Assembly (NCBI GenBank): GCA_031556335.1
Contig: JAVBTE010000032.1
Coordinates: 92 to 64,091 of the forward strand
Direction of reading: 5' to 3'
Length of the DNA stretch: 64,000 nucleotides
DNA from: Eubacteriales bacterium
GTDB lineage: Bacteria; Bacillota; Clostridia; Christensenellales; Aristaeellaceae
Position 1 is the first letter of the stretch; the number at the start of each line of letters is the position of its first letter. The notes under the pieces were generated by a model. That model had not been told where the DNA came from. It saw only the letters and a program-made list of their open reading frames with translations, and searched no databases. This document shows positions 45,074 to 53,994 of this stretch, in pieces. Made by a program: the position numbers and the translations under genes.

Positions 45074-46203
45074 CAGCGGTCACCTTCTTTGGCGGAGGGC
45101 ATGGGCACCAGCGGGGCGTGCCGCACGTCCCAGCCGATGTGCACAGCCTCGCCGATACGGTATGTGTCCAGTTCGGCGGCCTGTGAAACCGCCGTCAGGG
45201 TCAGTGTGGGAGAAAGCTGGATGCGGGTATGCTGCACGCCGCCCGCGTATTCCTTGGAGCGGATGGTTCCGGAGAGGGACATACCACACACGGGTTGTTG
45301 ATCGTAAAACACCCGCTGGGGACGCAGGCACAGGGCCACCGGGTCGCCCGTTTTCAGGGGAAAGCGGCCGCCTGAAAAGGCGGGCAGCAAAGCGCCGTCC
45401 ACGTTCAAGGTCAGGTGGGTTTCATCCTGAACGGCCTCCACCGTGCCGGTGAGCAGGTTGCTTTGGCCAATAAAACCTGCGCAAAACAGGGTGGCCGGAT
45501 GCTCGTACACATCCTCCGGGGTGCCGATTTGCTCGATTTTTCCATCCCGCATGATGACGATGCGGGTGGACATGTTCAAGGCCTCTTCCTGGTCGTGGGT
45601 GATGTAGATGAAGGTGATGCCCAGCTGCTGTTGCAGCTTTTTCAATTCGCTCTGCATATCCTGGCGCAGTTTCAGGTCCAGCGCGCCCAGGGGTTCGTCC
45701 AGCAGCAAAATTTTGGGCCGCAGCACCAGGGCCCGGGCAATGGCCACCCGCTGCCGCTGGCCGCCGGAAAGCTGCTGGGGCATGCGGCGCTCGTAGCCGG
45801 GAAGCTGCACCAACTCCAACGCCTCGCAGACCCGCCGCTTTTGCTCCGCCTTTGGCACCTTTTGCACTTTCAGCCCATAGGCGATGTTTTGGAACACGTT
45901 CATATGCGGAAACAGGGCGTAATTTTGGAACACAGTGTTCACGCCCCGTTTTTCCGGGGGCAGGCCCGTTACGTCCTGGTCCTCCAAAAACACCCGGCCC
46001 CCGCTGGGGCGTTCCAGCCCCGCGATGATCCGAAGGGTGGTGGTTTTGCCGCAGCCGGAAGGGCCCAGCAGGGTCAAAAATTCGCCGGGGTACACATCCA
46101 GATCCATGCCATGGAGCACTTCGCCCTGTCCATAATCCTTTTTCAGCCCGGAAAGGCGCAAGATCGGCTGGCTTTCCGGGGCCGTTCCATTCGTCGTCGT
46201 CAT
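45073..46203 (-). CDS. potA: spermidine/putrescine ABC transporter ATP-binding protein
   Basis: GPSGCGKTT, LSGGQRQRVAIARAL, LLLDEPLGALD, plus a C-terminal TOBE-like domain. Confidence 0.9.
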   Translation of the reverse strand: MTTTNGTAPESQPILRLSGLKKDYGQGEVLHGMDLDVYPGEFLTLLGPSGCGKTTTLRIIAGLERPSGGRVFLEDQDVTGLPPEKRGVNTVFQNYALFPHMNVFQNIAYGLKVQKVPKAEQKRRVCEALELVQLPGYERRMPQQLSGGQRQRVAIARALVLRPKILLLDEPLGALDLKLRQDMQSELKKLQQQLGITFIYITHDQEEALNMSTRIVIMRDGKIEQIGTPEDVYEHPATLFCAGFIGQSNLLTGTVEAVQDETHLTLNVDGALLPAFSGGRFPLKTGDPVALCLRPQRVFYDQQPVCGMSLSGTIRSKEYAGGVQHTRIQLSPTLTLTAVSQAAELDTYRIGEAVHIGWDVRHAPLVPMPSAKEGDR

Positions 46204-46559
46204 GCCTGGACTCCTTCATTGGTCAATTGGTTTTCCTTTTGTTTTTGCCGCTCCACCTCGCACAGCACCTTCAGAAGGGCCTGCACGCTGGGCCAAACGG
46301 CGGGGTTTGCGGAGTAGATCATCAGGCAGCCCTCCCGGCGGGCAAGCACCAGCCGCGTATCCACCAGCAGCCGCATGTGGTAGCTGATGGTGGGCTGGGT
46401 ACAGCGGAACGCTTTGTTGATTTCGCAGGCGCTCATCTCCTGGTGGGACAGCATGGAGAGGATATGCAGACGGGTTTCGTCGCAGAGCGCTTTGAGAATC
46501 GGAATGGAAGCTTTGAAACAGTCCAAGGGCGTTCCTCCTGCCGGTTGATGCATCGACAT
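46200..46559 (-). CDS. ArsR/SmtB family transcriptional regulator
   Basis: ILKALCDETRLHILSMLSHQEMSACEINKAFRCTQPTISYHMRLL is a winged-HTH of the ArsR type. ATGA overlap with potA. Confidence 0.8.
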   Translation of the reverse strand: MSMHQPAGGTPLDCFKASIPILKALCDETRLHILSMLSHQEMSACEINKAFRCTQPTISYHMRLLVDTRLVLARREGCLMIYSANPAVWPSVQALLKVLCEVERQKQKENQLTNEGVQA

Positions 46560-46575
46560 AGAAGAATTTCTATGT
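46556..46575. promoter_or_regulatory. perfect palindrome, candidate ArsR-family operator
   Basis: ACATAGAA-gaat-TTCTATGT spans the predicted TSS region and the arsR-like start codon (46559..46557). Confidence 0.55.
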
Positions 46576-46582
46576 TGTGGAC

Positions 46583-46611
46583 ATTGTAATGCAAAGATAG
46601 AGAGTTGTCAA
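46583..46611 (-). promoter_or_regulatory. sigma-A promoter of the ArsR-potABCD operon
   Basis: Minus strand reads TTGACA (46611..46606), 17 nt, TACAAT (46588..46583). Confidence 0.6.
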
Positions 46612-46643
46612 TATCGCTTAGGGAGAAAAAGAAACCAAAACAA

Positions 46644-46678
46644 GCGCCCCGCCGGGCCATAGAGGGCCTGCGGGGCGC
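46644..46678 (-). terminator. terminator after rsfS
   Basis: GCGCCCCGC (46644-46652) pairs with GCGGGGCGC (46670-46678). On the minus strand it is followed by TTGTTTTGGTTTCTTTTT. Confidence 0.7.
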
Positions 46679-46692
46679 GCTCAATGAATTTG

Positions 46693-47049
46693 TTACACCT
46701 CTTCCTGCTCAAAGGGCAGGGGAATCCGGTTCATGTCGTGCTCCCACAGCTTATCCAGCCGGTAAAAGTCCCGCTCCTCGGCGTGGAACACGTGCACCAG
46801 AACAGAGCTGTAATCCAGCACCACCCAGCGCCCGTCCTGGTGCCCTTCCTTGCGAAGGGGCTGGACGCCAAGCTCTGACAGGCGGTCTTCCACTTCCTCG
46901 GCCAGGGTTTTGACCTGAATGGCGCTGCGGCCGCTGGCGATGACCATGCAGTCGGTAATCACGGTGAGGGAGGAAACGTCCAGGGCCACGATGTTTTGGG
47001 CCTTTTTGTCATAGAGGATGGTGGCGATCCGGGTGACGAGTTCATTCAT
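46693..47049 (-). CDS. rsfS: ribosome silencing factor RsfS
   Basis: KKAQNIVALDVSSLTVITDCMVIASGRS...WVVLDYSSVLVHVFHAEERDFYRLDKLW. Confidence 0.92.
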   Translation of the reverse strand: MNELVTRIATILYDKKAQNIVALDVSSLTVITDCMVIASGRSAIQVKTLAEEVEDRLSELGVQPLRKEGHQDGRWVVLDYSSVLVHVFHAEERDFYRLDKLWEHDMNRIPLPFEQEEV

Positions 47050-48250
47050 GCACTTCGCTCCTTTGATATTCTTGATTGGGCAGGCGGCTGAGCCAGTGGG
47101 CCACGCGCTGGGTCATGGGGTGAGGTTGTGTTTTTTGCTGAACCACGTATTCCAGGGTGGAGCCGAGGCAGTAGCGCATGGCTTCGACCAGGCTGACCTC
47201 CGCCAGAGAACGAACGGTTTCCAGGGCCGGATAGGCGCGGCGGGAAGGCTCGATCTTGTCCGCCAGAAAAAGCACCATATCCAGGGGTAGCATGCCCACT
47301 TTTCCCGTGGTGTGGCAGGCAATGGCGGACAATACGTTGGGGTCTGTCACGCCATACTGGGTTTCCGCCAGCACCGCGCCGACGGGGCCGTGGAGCAGGT
47401 TACCGCTTTGCAGGGTTTCTTTGTCCAGCAAAAGCCGGTGTTCCCGGGCAATTTGTTGCAGGCTGGAAAGGGGAAGGCATTTGGCGGAATCGTGCAAAAG
47501 CCCGGCCAGGGCCGCCTGCGAGGGGTTTAGGTGATGGATTTCCGCCAGGCGACGGGCGGTGGCGGCCACCAGAATGGAGTGCAAAAACCGTTTGTCGGTA
47601 AGGGCTTGCCGCAACAGAGGGTAGGCCTTGGGGCCCTCGGCCGGAGAGGCGGCGAGGCCATACAGCCCCATTAGTCGAATATATTCCGTCACCTGCGGCG
47701 CTAGTTCTGCGGGGGTCTGTTTCAGACGCAGTTTTTCCCGAACCTGGGTGGAGGAAATGTTCACGGGAGGCAGGGACAGGAAGGTAAACCGCGCGCCCCG
47801 GGCTTCCAGCTCCCGGCAAACCGGGTGGGCCCGGGCATCCATGGTGGAGCGGCGGCACACCAAAAAGCGGCACAGAGAAAAAACCCGGTCCGGCTCCCGC
47901 CAATTGGGCAGGTCCAGCAGGGTGTCCTCGCCGATGATGTAAAAAAGCTCCGCCCCGGGGAACTGGGATTTGAGCTGCGTTAGGGTATCCACGGTATAAA
48001 TGACGCCGGAACGGTCCAGCTCGATCCGGGAAGCGGTAAAATGAGGTTTGTCCAGCACCATGAGCCGAGTCATTTCAAAGCGGTGCTCCGCCGGTTCCAG
48101 CCCTTCGTGTTTGTGGGGGGGATTGCCCGTGGGCAGAAAAACAACCCGGGACAGACCGCTTTCCGTCAGCGCGCAGGCAGCAATGTCCAAGTGCCGCTGG
48201 TGGATGGGATTGAAACTGCCGCCCATGATGCCGATGCGTTCTTTTGGCAA
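47042..48250 (-). CDS. nadD: fused nicotinate-nucleotide adenylyltransferase (NadD) and HD-domain YqeK
   Basis: N-terminal half IGIMGGSFNPIHQRHL...ISSTQVR (NadD). C-terminal half FLHSILVAATARRLA...LAGLLHDSAK...HGPVGA...IACHTTG (YqeK HD domain), in one uninterrupted frame. A TTG at 48250 lies 8 nt after GAAGGAGG. Confidence 0.82.
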   Translation of the reverse strand: MPKERIGIMGGSFNPIHQRHLDIAACALTESGLSRVVFLPTGNPPHKHEGLEPAEHRFEMTRLMVLDKPHFTASRIELDRSGVIYTVDTLTQLKSQFPGAELFYIIGEDTLLDLPNWREPDRVFSLCRFLVCRRSTMDARAHPVCRELEARGARFTFLSLPPVNISSTQVREKLRLKQTPAELAPQVTEYIRLMGLYGLAASPAEGPKAYPLLRQALTDKRFLHSILVAATARRLAEIHHLNPSQAALAGLLHDSAKCLPLSSLQQIAREHRLLLDKETLQSGNLLHGPVGAVLAETQYGVTDPNVLSAIACHTTGKVGMLPLDMVLFLADKIEPSRRAYPALETVRSLAEVSLVEAMRYCLGSTLEYVVQQKTQPHPMTQRVAHWLSRLPNQEYQRSEVHE

Positions 48251-48405
48251 TGCCGCGTCCTCCTTCGCGTGGGGCGTGCCCCAGCGTAGCCACATTATAC
48301 TAAAAAAAGCGAAAAAGGGGAATACTTGCTTGCGAAGCGGAATGAAGCGCGAACCCGCGACGCTGCCCGGGCCGGGTCACGGGCAGCAAAGGAGGCAGGG
48401 CACAC

Positions 48406-49239
48406 ATGGAAAAGTATGCGCAAAAAACGCCTTTTGCCGCCGTGGCCGACAAAATTTTATGGCGGCTGCTGGTGAGCGGCGTCAGCGCGGGCTGGTTCAT
48501 TTATTTGTGGGGCGTATCGCTGGCCAGCCTGGCGGCGGGCGTGTCGCTGGGCGTTCTTCTTTGGCTGTGCGTTCGCCGCTTTGAGAAGATGAGCGTGCAA
48601 AAAAAAGAGCAGCAAATGCGCCGGGCCATCGGCGGGGAGTTGGCTTTGGACAAGCTGCTGCTGATTCCCTCCCGGCACGCGGCGTTTCAGACCGCCATGT
48701 GGCTGATGCCCAAAGCGCCCCTGGAATTGCAGAAAACAACGGAATGGGGCGTGCTTTGCAAGCTGAAGGAGGAAACCCTGCTGGTGCGGCTGATTGCCCA
48801 GCACAAGAGCCTGCCGGTGACCGTGCAGCAGGTGATTGACGCCCACAAAGAGAGCCTGGAGCACAAGGTGAACCGCTGCGTGATTTGCCTGACCGCCCCG
48901 GCCAGCCGGGAGGCCAAGGCCTACGCCGAGCGCTGCGACCCCAAGCTGCGGCTTGTCCCCCGGGAGGAGATGGTCCGCCTGGCCGGGCTGACCAGCCCCG
49001 CCACGGACGAACAGCTCAGCGCCCTGGGAAACCGCCGCAAAGGCCCTGTGGGCTGGCGGCGGTGGGTGGAGCATGTGCTGGCGCCCAAACGGGCCAGGCA
49101 TTATTTTTTCTATGGCCTGGGCCTGGCGGTTTTGTATTTTTTAACGGGATTGTGGTACTATCCCATTCCCGCCATTCTGTGCCTTTTGCTGTGCGTTTTG
49201 TGCCGGGTGTACCGGCCCAGGGAAGAGGCGTTTTTGTAG
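48406..49239 (+). CDS. hypothetical membrane protein (2 N-terminal and 2 C-terminal TM helices around a soluble core)
   Basis: Hydrophobic segments LLVSGVSAGWFIYLWGVSLASLAAGVSLGVLLWL and FFYGLGLAVLYFLTGLWYYPIPAILCLLLCVL. No family recognised. Confidence 0.55.
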   Translation: MEKYAQKTPFAAVADKILWRLLVSGVSAGWFIYLWGVSLASLAAGVSLGVLLWLCVRRFEKMSVQKKEQQMRRAIGGELALDKLLLIPSRHAAFQTAMWLMPKAPLELQKTTEWGVLCKLKEETLLVRLIAQHKSLPVTVQQVIDAHKESLEHKVNRCVICLTAPASREAKAYAERCDPKLRLVPREEMVRLAGLTSPATDEQLSALGNRRKGPVGWRRWVEHVLAPKRARHYFFYGLGLAVLYFLTGLWYYPIPAILCLLLCVLCRVYRPREEAFL

Positions 49240-49249
49240 GCGGGCGGGC

Positions 49250-50389
49250 CTACAACCCGCTTTTCATCAGCCGCCGCACCATGGCGCAGAAGGCGTCCAC
49301 CTCTTCCTCCGTGTTGTAAATGCCCACGCTGGCCCGGCAAGCGCCGGTTTGAAGGGTGCCTAGCCACTGGTGCACGGCGGGCGCGCAATGCAGGCCCGCC
49401 CGAATGGCGAAGCCGTGCTGGTTCAGCGCGTCGGCCAAGGCCCCGCCGTCCACGTTTTGGGGCACAAAACTGATGACGCCCACCTTGGGCGCGCCCGGGT
49501 CGCCCAGCAGGCGAATGCCGGGGATGGCCGAAAGCTGGCCGCGCATGCGTTCCGCCAGCTCGTTTTCATATTCCTCGATTTCCTTGCGATGGGAAAGGGC
49601 AAACCTTGCGCCCACCAGCAGGCCGGCAATGCCGGGCAGGTTGCAGGTGCCGCTTTCATACCGGTCCGGCAGGGACATGGGCTGCAGCATGCTTTCGCTT
49701 TGGGAGCCCGTGCCGCCAAACAGAAGGGGCCGGGGCAAAACGCCTTTGGTCAGCAGCAGCACGCCTGTGCCATGGGGGCCCAGCAGGCCCTTGTGGCCGG
49801 GCATGGCCACCATGTCCGCACCCAACTGGGCGGGGGACACATCCAGAATGCCCGAGGTTTGGGCCGCGTCCACCAGGAGGGGAATGCCATAGGATTTCAG
49901 CGCCTGGGCCAGCCGGGAAATGGGCTGCACCACCCCGGTGACGTTGCTGGCGTGGTTTAACACGCACAGGGCCGTCCGGGCCGTGATGGCGGAGCGAAGC
50001 CCTTCCGGGGTCAACAGCCCCCGGGCATCCGGCTCCAGCACCCGAATTTTGATGGAACCCATCTGCTCAAAGGTTTTCAGCACGCGCATGACCGCGTTAT
50101 GCTCCGCGTGGGAGCAGATCACCTCGTCGCCTTCAAACAGCATGCCCCCAATGGCCAGGTTCAGCGCCTCGGTACAGTTGGCGGTGAAAATGACATACTC
50201 CGGCCCCGGCAGCCCATAGGCTCTGGCCAGATAGTCGCGGCAGGTTTCCATCACCCGGCCGCCGCAAAGCGACAGGCGGTGCCCCGCCCGGCCCGGATTG
50301 CCCCCAATCCGCTGCAGGGCGCCGGCCATGGCCCTGGCCACCATGGGCGGTTTGGGATAGGAAGTTGCCGCGTTGTCCAGATAAATCAT
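49250..50389 (-). CDS. class-V aminotransferase / cysteine desulfurase family protein
   Basis: MIYLDNAATSYPKP..., a PLP region AMPGHKGLLGPHGTG, and a C-terminal GLHCAP catalytic-Cys loop. Confidence 0.85.
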   Translation of the reverse strand: MIYLDNAATSYPKPPMVARAMAGALQRIGGNPGRAGHRLSLCGGRVMETCRDYLARAYGLPGPEYVIFTANCTEALNLAIGGMLFEGDEVICSHAEHNAVMRVLKTFEQMGSIKIRVLEPDARGLLTPEGLRSAITARTALCVLNHASNVTGVVQPISRLAQALKSYGIPLLVDAAQTSGILDVSPAQLGADMVAMPGHKGLLGPHGTGVLLLTKGVLPRPLLFGGTGSQSESMLQPMSLPDRYESGTCNLPGIAGLLVGARFALSHRKEIEEYENELAERMRGQLSAIPGIRLLGDPGAPKVGVISFVPQNVDGGALADALNQHGFAIRAGLHCAPAVHQWLGTLQTGACRASVGIYNTEEEVDAFCAMVRRLMKSGL

Positions 50390-50503
50390 CCGAAAGCCCC
50401 CTTTTCACCGGGGCCTTTCCCCCGGTTTCCGTCTCTTTTGCACACTCACCAAAATGGGCATGCCGCCGTATACTGTATGAGGAAGGAAGGGGGATATGAA
50501 CCC

Positions 50504-50773
50504 ATGAATGAAGCTTTTGGCATTGCCTCGTTTCGCTCGCGCCAGCAGGTGTTGAAATTTGAAAGCGCGCTGCGCCGGGAAGGCGTGCGCGCGTCCATCA
50601 TTACTACGCCCAGAGATGTGGCCGTGGGCTGCGGCCTCAGCGTGCGCTTTGAGCTGGAGGATTTTGATAAAATTCATAACGCGTACCAGCGCTACCGGCC
50701 TAGCAACCTGATCGGCTTTTACCAGGTGAACCGCTCCGATGGCAACCGGACGGTGACCCGGCCTTTGGTATAA
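50504..50773 (+). CDS. DUF3343 domain protein (putative S/Se carrier-like)
   Basis: FRSRQQVLKFESALRREGVRASIITTPRDVAVGCGLSVRF. The track ORF 50099.. is an over-extension antisense to the desulfurase gene. Confidence 0.65.
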   Translation: MNEAFGIASFRSRQQVLKFESALRREGVRASIITTPRDVAVGCGLSVRFELEDFDKIHNAYQRYRPSNLIGFYQVNRSDGNRTVTRPLV

Positions 50774-50777
50774 CACG

Positions 50778-50812
50778 AAAACGCCCTGCTTCTTGATCGA
50801 AGCAGGGCGTTT
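50778..50812. terminator. bidirectional terminator between the DUF3343 gene and rpmB
   Basis: AAAACGCCCTGCTTC-ttgatc-GAAGCAGGGCGTTT. Confidence 0.8.
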
Positions 50813-50849
50813 CAGGCCGCAAGGCCAGGCAAAACAATTCCAAATCCCA

Positions 50850-51065
50850 TCAGGCTTCCGCGTCGGACTTGGTGGGCAAGGCGCGCTGCACAAAACCGCT
50901 GCGCAGACAACGGGTGCACACATTCAGCCGCTTGGCTTGACCGTTCACCAGCACGCGCACGCGCTGCACGTTCGGCGCCCAAACACGGTTCGTCTTGCGG
51001 TTGGAGTGGCTGACGTTGTGACCGCTCATCGTGCCTTTTTCACACACTTCACAAAAATGGCCCAT
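50850..51065 (-). CDS. rpmB: 50S ribosomal protein L28
   Basis: CEVCEKGTMSGHNVSHSNRKTNRVWAPNVQRVRV. Confidence 0.9.
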   Translation of the reverse strand: MGHFCEVCEKGTMSGHNVSHSNRKTNRVWAPNVQRVRVLVNGQAKRLNVCTRCLRSGFVQRALPTKSDAEA

Positions 51066-51111
51066 TTACTTACACCTCCTAACGGGAGTTTGCATTCATT
51101 ACAGCCTGTCT

Positions 51112-51140
51112 ATTCTAGCACCGATCGGCGGTTTTGGCAA
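51112..51140 (-). promoter_or_regulatory. putative sigma-A promoter of rpmB
   Basis: Minus strand reads TTGCCA (51140..51135), 17 nt, TAGAAT (51117..51112), preceded by TGC. Confidence 0.5.
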
Positions 51141-51217
51141 GTGCCAAAGGAAATATTTTTCGACAAAGCGGAACAAATGGCGCAAGGCGCAACCCAAAGC
51201 CGGATATTCTGCCGCGC

Positions 51218-53026
51218 TTATTTGTCGTCCATCTTCAAAACCGCCAGGAAGGCCTCGCTTGGCACCTCCACGCTGCCAAACTGCCGCATGCGTTTTTTGC
51301 CTTCCTTTTGCTTTTCCAGCAGCTTCTTTTTGCGGGTGATGTCGCCGCCGTAGCACTTGGCCAGCACGTCCTTGCGCATGGCCTTCACGGTTTCCCGGGC
51401 GATGACCTTGCCGCCGATGGCCGCCTGAATGGGGATTTCAAACATCTGCCGGGGGATGACGTCCCGAAGCTTTTCGGCGATGCTGCGGCCCCGGGCGTAG
51501 GCCTTGTCCCGGTGAACGATGATGGAAAAAGCGTCGCAGATATCGCCGTTCAAAAGGATGTCCAGCTTCACCAGGTCGCTTTCCTGGTAGCCCTTCATTT
51601 CGTAGTCAAAGCTAGCATAGCCCCGGCTGCGGCTTTTGATCTGGTCGAAAAACTCAAAGATCACCTCGTTCAGGGGCAATTCATAGAGCAGTTTCACCCG
51701 GCCGCCTTCGTATTGCATGTCCAGGAAGGTGCCGCGCTTTTCCACGCAGATGTCCATAATGGCGCCCACATAGTCCTGGGGCGTGTAGATGGTGGCGGAC
51801 ACGAAGGGCTCTTCCATACGATCGATTTCGCCCACGTTTGGCAAATTGGTGGGGTTGTCAATGGAAAGCTCCGTGCCGTCCAGCTTGAACACGTGATAGA
51901 TGACGCTGGGGGCGGTGGTGACCAGGTCCAGGTCAAACTCCCGCTCCAGCCGCTGCTGGATGATTTCCATATGCAAAAGGCCCAAAAAGCCGCAGCGGTA
52001 GCCATAGCCCAGGGCCACGGAGGTTTCCGGGTCAAAGGACAAGGAGGCGTCGTTCATGCGCAGCTTTTCCAAAGCGTCCCGCAGGTTGTCGTAGTCCGCG
52101 CCGTCGGCGGGATAGATGCCGCAAAACACCATGGGGGTCACCTGGCGGTAGCCAGGCAGGGGCGCGGCGGCGGGCCGGGCCGCGTCGGTGACGGTGTCGC
52201 CCACCCGGGTTTCGCCCACGTCCTTGATGGAAGCGGAAATATAGCCCACGTCCCCGGCCAGCAGTTCGGGGCAGGGCACATAGCCGGGATGGAACGTGCC
52301 CACCTCCACGATGTCAAACTCGTTTTTGCTGGCCATCAGGCGCATGCGCATGCCGGCCTTTACCCGGCCCTGCATGACCCGTACAAAACAGATGGCGCCT
52401 TTATAGTTGTCATAATAGGCGTCAAACACCAAGGCCTGCAAGGGGGCCTCGGCGTCCCCCTTGGGCGGCGGAACGTTCGTTACAATGGCTTCCAGCACAT
52501 CCCCGCAGTTCAGGCCGGTCTTGGCGGAAATCATGGGCGCTTGCGACGTGTCCAGGCCGATGACGTCCTCGATTTCGCTTTTCACCTCTTCGGGGCGGGC
52601 GCTGGCCAGGTCGATTTTGTTGATGACAGGCACGGTTTCCAAATCGTGCTCCAACGCCATGTATACGTTGGCCAGGGTTTGGGCCTCAATGCCCTGGGTG
52701 GCGTCCACCACCAAAAGCGCGCCCTCGCAGGCGGCCAGCGCGCGGCTGACCTCATAGCTGAAGTCCACATGCCCAGGGGTGTCGATCAGGTTGAGGATAT
52801 ACGTCTCGCCGTTTTGGGCCGCGTATTGCATGCGCACGGCCTTGGACTTGATGGTGATGCCCCGCTCCCGTTCCAGCTCCATGCTGTCCAAAATTTGTTC
52901 CACCATCTCCCGGTGTTCAAACACGCCGGTCATCTCCAGCAGACGATCCGCCAGGGTGGATTTGCCGTGGTCGATGTGGGCGATGATGCAAAAATTCCGA
53001 ATATGAGAAAGCCGCTGATCCTGCAA
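51218..53026 (-). CDS. lepA: translation elongation factor 4
   Basis: [23 protein letters not shown]...[10 protein letters not shown]...NKIDL, with the C-terminal LepA-specific region. Confidence 0.96.
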   Translation of the reverse strand: MQDQRLSHIRNFCIIAHIDHGKSTLADRLLEMTGVFEHREMVEQILDSMELERERGITIKSKAVRMQYAAQNGETYILNLIDTPGHVDFSYEVSRALAACEGALLVVDATQGIEAQTLANVYMALEHDLETVPVINKIDLASARPEEVKSEIEDVIGLDTSQAPMISAKTGLNCGDVLEAIVTNVPPPKGDAEAPLQALVFDAYYDNYKGAICFVRVMQGRVKAGMRMRLMASKNEFDIVEVGTFHPGYVPCPELLAGDVGYISASIKDVGETRVGDTVTDAARPAAAPLPGYRQVTPMVFCGIYPADGADYDNLRDALEKLRMNDASLSFDPETSVALGYGYRCGFLGLLHMEIIQQRLEREFDLDLVTTAPSVIYHVFKLDGTELSIDNPTNLPNVGEIDRMEEPFVSATIYTPQDYVGAIMDICVEKRGTFLDMQYEGGRVKLLYELPLNEVIFEFFDQIKSRSRGYASFDYEMKGYQESDLVKLDILLNGDICDAFSIIVHRDKAYARGRSIAEKLRDVIPRQMFEIPIQAAIGGKVIARETVKAMRKDVLAKCYGGDITRKKKLLEKQKEGKKRMRQFGSVEVPSEAFLAVLKMDDK

Positions 53027-53119
53027 AAAAACCCCTCCAGCAAAAGCAATGAAGATTCAAAGCGAAACGCCAGCGCCGGCCGCCCTTCGCGGTTCGCAAA
53101 ATGCGTGAGCAACAAAGGT

Positions 53120-53148
53120 ATCATATCGGATTTTCCACGAAAATGCAA
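53120..53148 (-). promoter_or_regulatory. putative sigma-A promoter of lepA
   Basis: Minus strand reads TTGCAT (53148..53143), 17 nt, TATGAT (53125..53120). Confidence 0.5.
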
Positions 53149-53250
53149 CCGAGGAGCGCAAGTTCTGCCAAATGCGGTTGTGACGGCATACGCGGCAGAA
53201 TGACCGCATATGGTGAGAAAACAACGGACGGGTAAGGTGTGTGATGGGGG

Positions 53251-53979
53251 ATGCCAAAGGCTTGGGGAGGGTGGCTGGCGCTGGTCTGCTGCCTTATGGT
53301 GGCGGCTGTGGCGGTCACGGGCATGGGCAACGCGGCGGGCAGCGTAGCGGACGGCGAACAAAGCGCCAAAGAGGCCGCCCGGCGGGCCAATGTGCCGGAA
53401 GGCAAGTGGATCTTGATCAGCCTGCACCAAAAAACCCTGTACCTGTACCAGGGGGTGGCGCTGCTGAAACGGTACGCCATTGCCTCGGGAGCCTTTGACA
53501 CGCCTTCGCCCATCGGCGTGTACCGGGTGAACGACCGTTTTGCGGGAGATTTGGGGGGCTTTGGCACCCGGTTTTTGGGGCTGAGCGTGCCCTGGGGCAG
53601 GTTTGGCATCCATGGCACCAACAAGCCCGGCAGCATCGGCTCCAATGCCTCCCACGGATGCTTCCGCATGTTTGTGAAGGATTCGGAGGCGCTGTACGCC
53701 GCCGTGCCAAACGGGGCCAAAGTGGTGATTGAGGGCGGGCCCTATGGCTTTTTGGATACTTATTTAAGGCCCCTGGCCCCCGGGGACCGGAACAACCATG
53801 TGGCTGCCCTGCAAAACAGGTTGCGGGCGTTGGGGTACTATTTTGGTTCCTCGGACGGCATTTACGGCTCGGGCACCCAGCAGGCGGTGCTGGCGGCCCG
53901 GAAGGCCCTGGGCATGCCAAGGACCGCCAATGTGGACTCCGCGTTTTACAAGGCCATCGGGGTGATTTTGTTTGAATGA
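53251..53979 (+). CDS. L,D-transpeptidase (YkuD domain) with a C-terminal peptidoglycan-binding domain
   Basis: FGIHGTNKPGSIGSNASHGCFRM is the catalytic HxxxxxxxxSxGC motif. PG_binding_1-like VAALQNRLRALGYYFGSSDGIYGSGTQQAV. Confidence 0.85.
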   Translation: MPKAWGGWLALVCCLMVAAVAVTGMGNAAGSVADGEQSAKEAARRANVPEGKWILISLHQKTLYLYQGVALLKRYAIASGAFDTPSPIGVYRVNDRFAGDLGGFGTRFLGLSVPWGRFGIHGTNKPGSIGSNASHGCFRMFVKDSEALYAAVPNGAKVVIEGGPYGFLDTYLRPLAPGDRNNHVAALQNRLRALGYYFGSSDGIYGSGTQQAVLAARKALGMPRTANVDSAFYKAIGVILFE

Positions 53980-53994
53980 TGAAGGAGCGTGCCT

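Noticed and set aside
51131-51148. Palindrome TTTGGCAagTGCCAAA, and a TGGCAC...TTGC string that suggested a sigma-54 promoter upstream of rpmB.
   Set aside because: TGGCAC and TTGC are contiguous rather than separated by the spacing required between the -24 and -12 elements. The 2-nt loop is too small for an RNA hairpin. The site overlaps a reasonable sigma-A -35. A protein-binding role is possible but unsupported.
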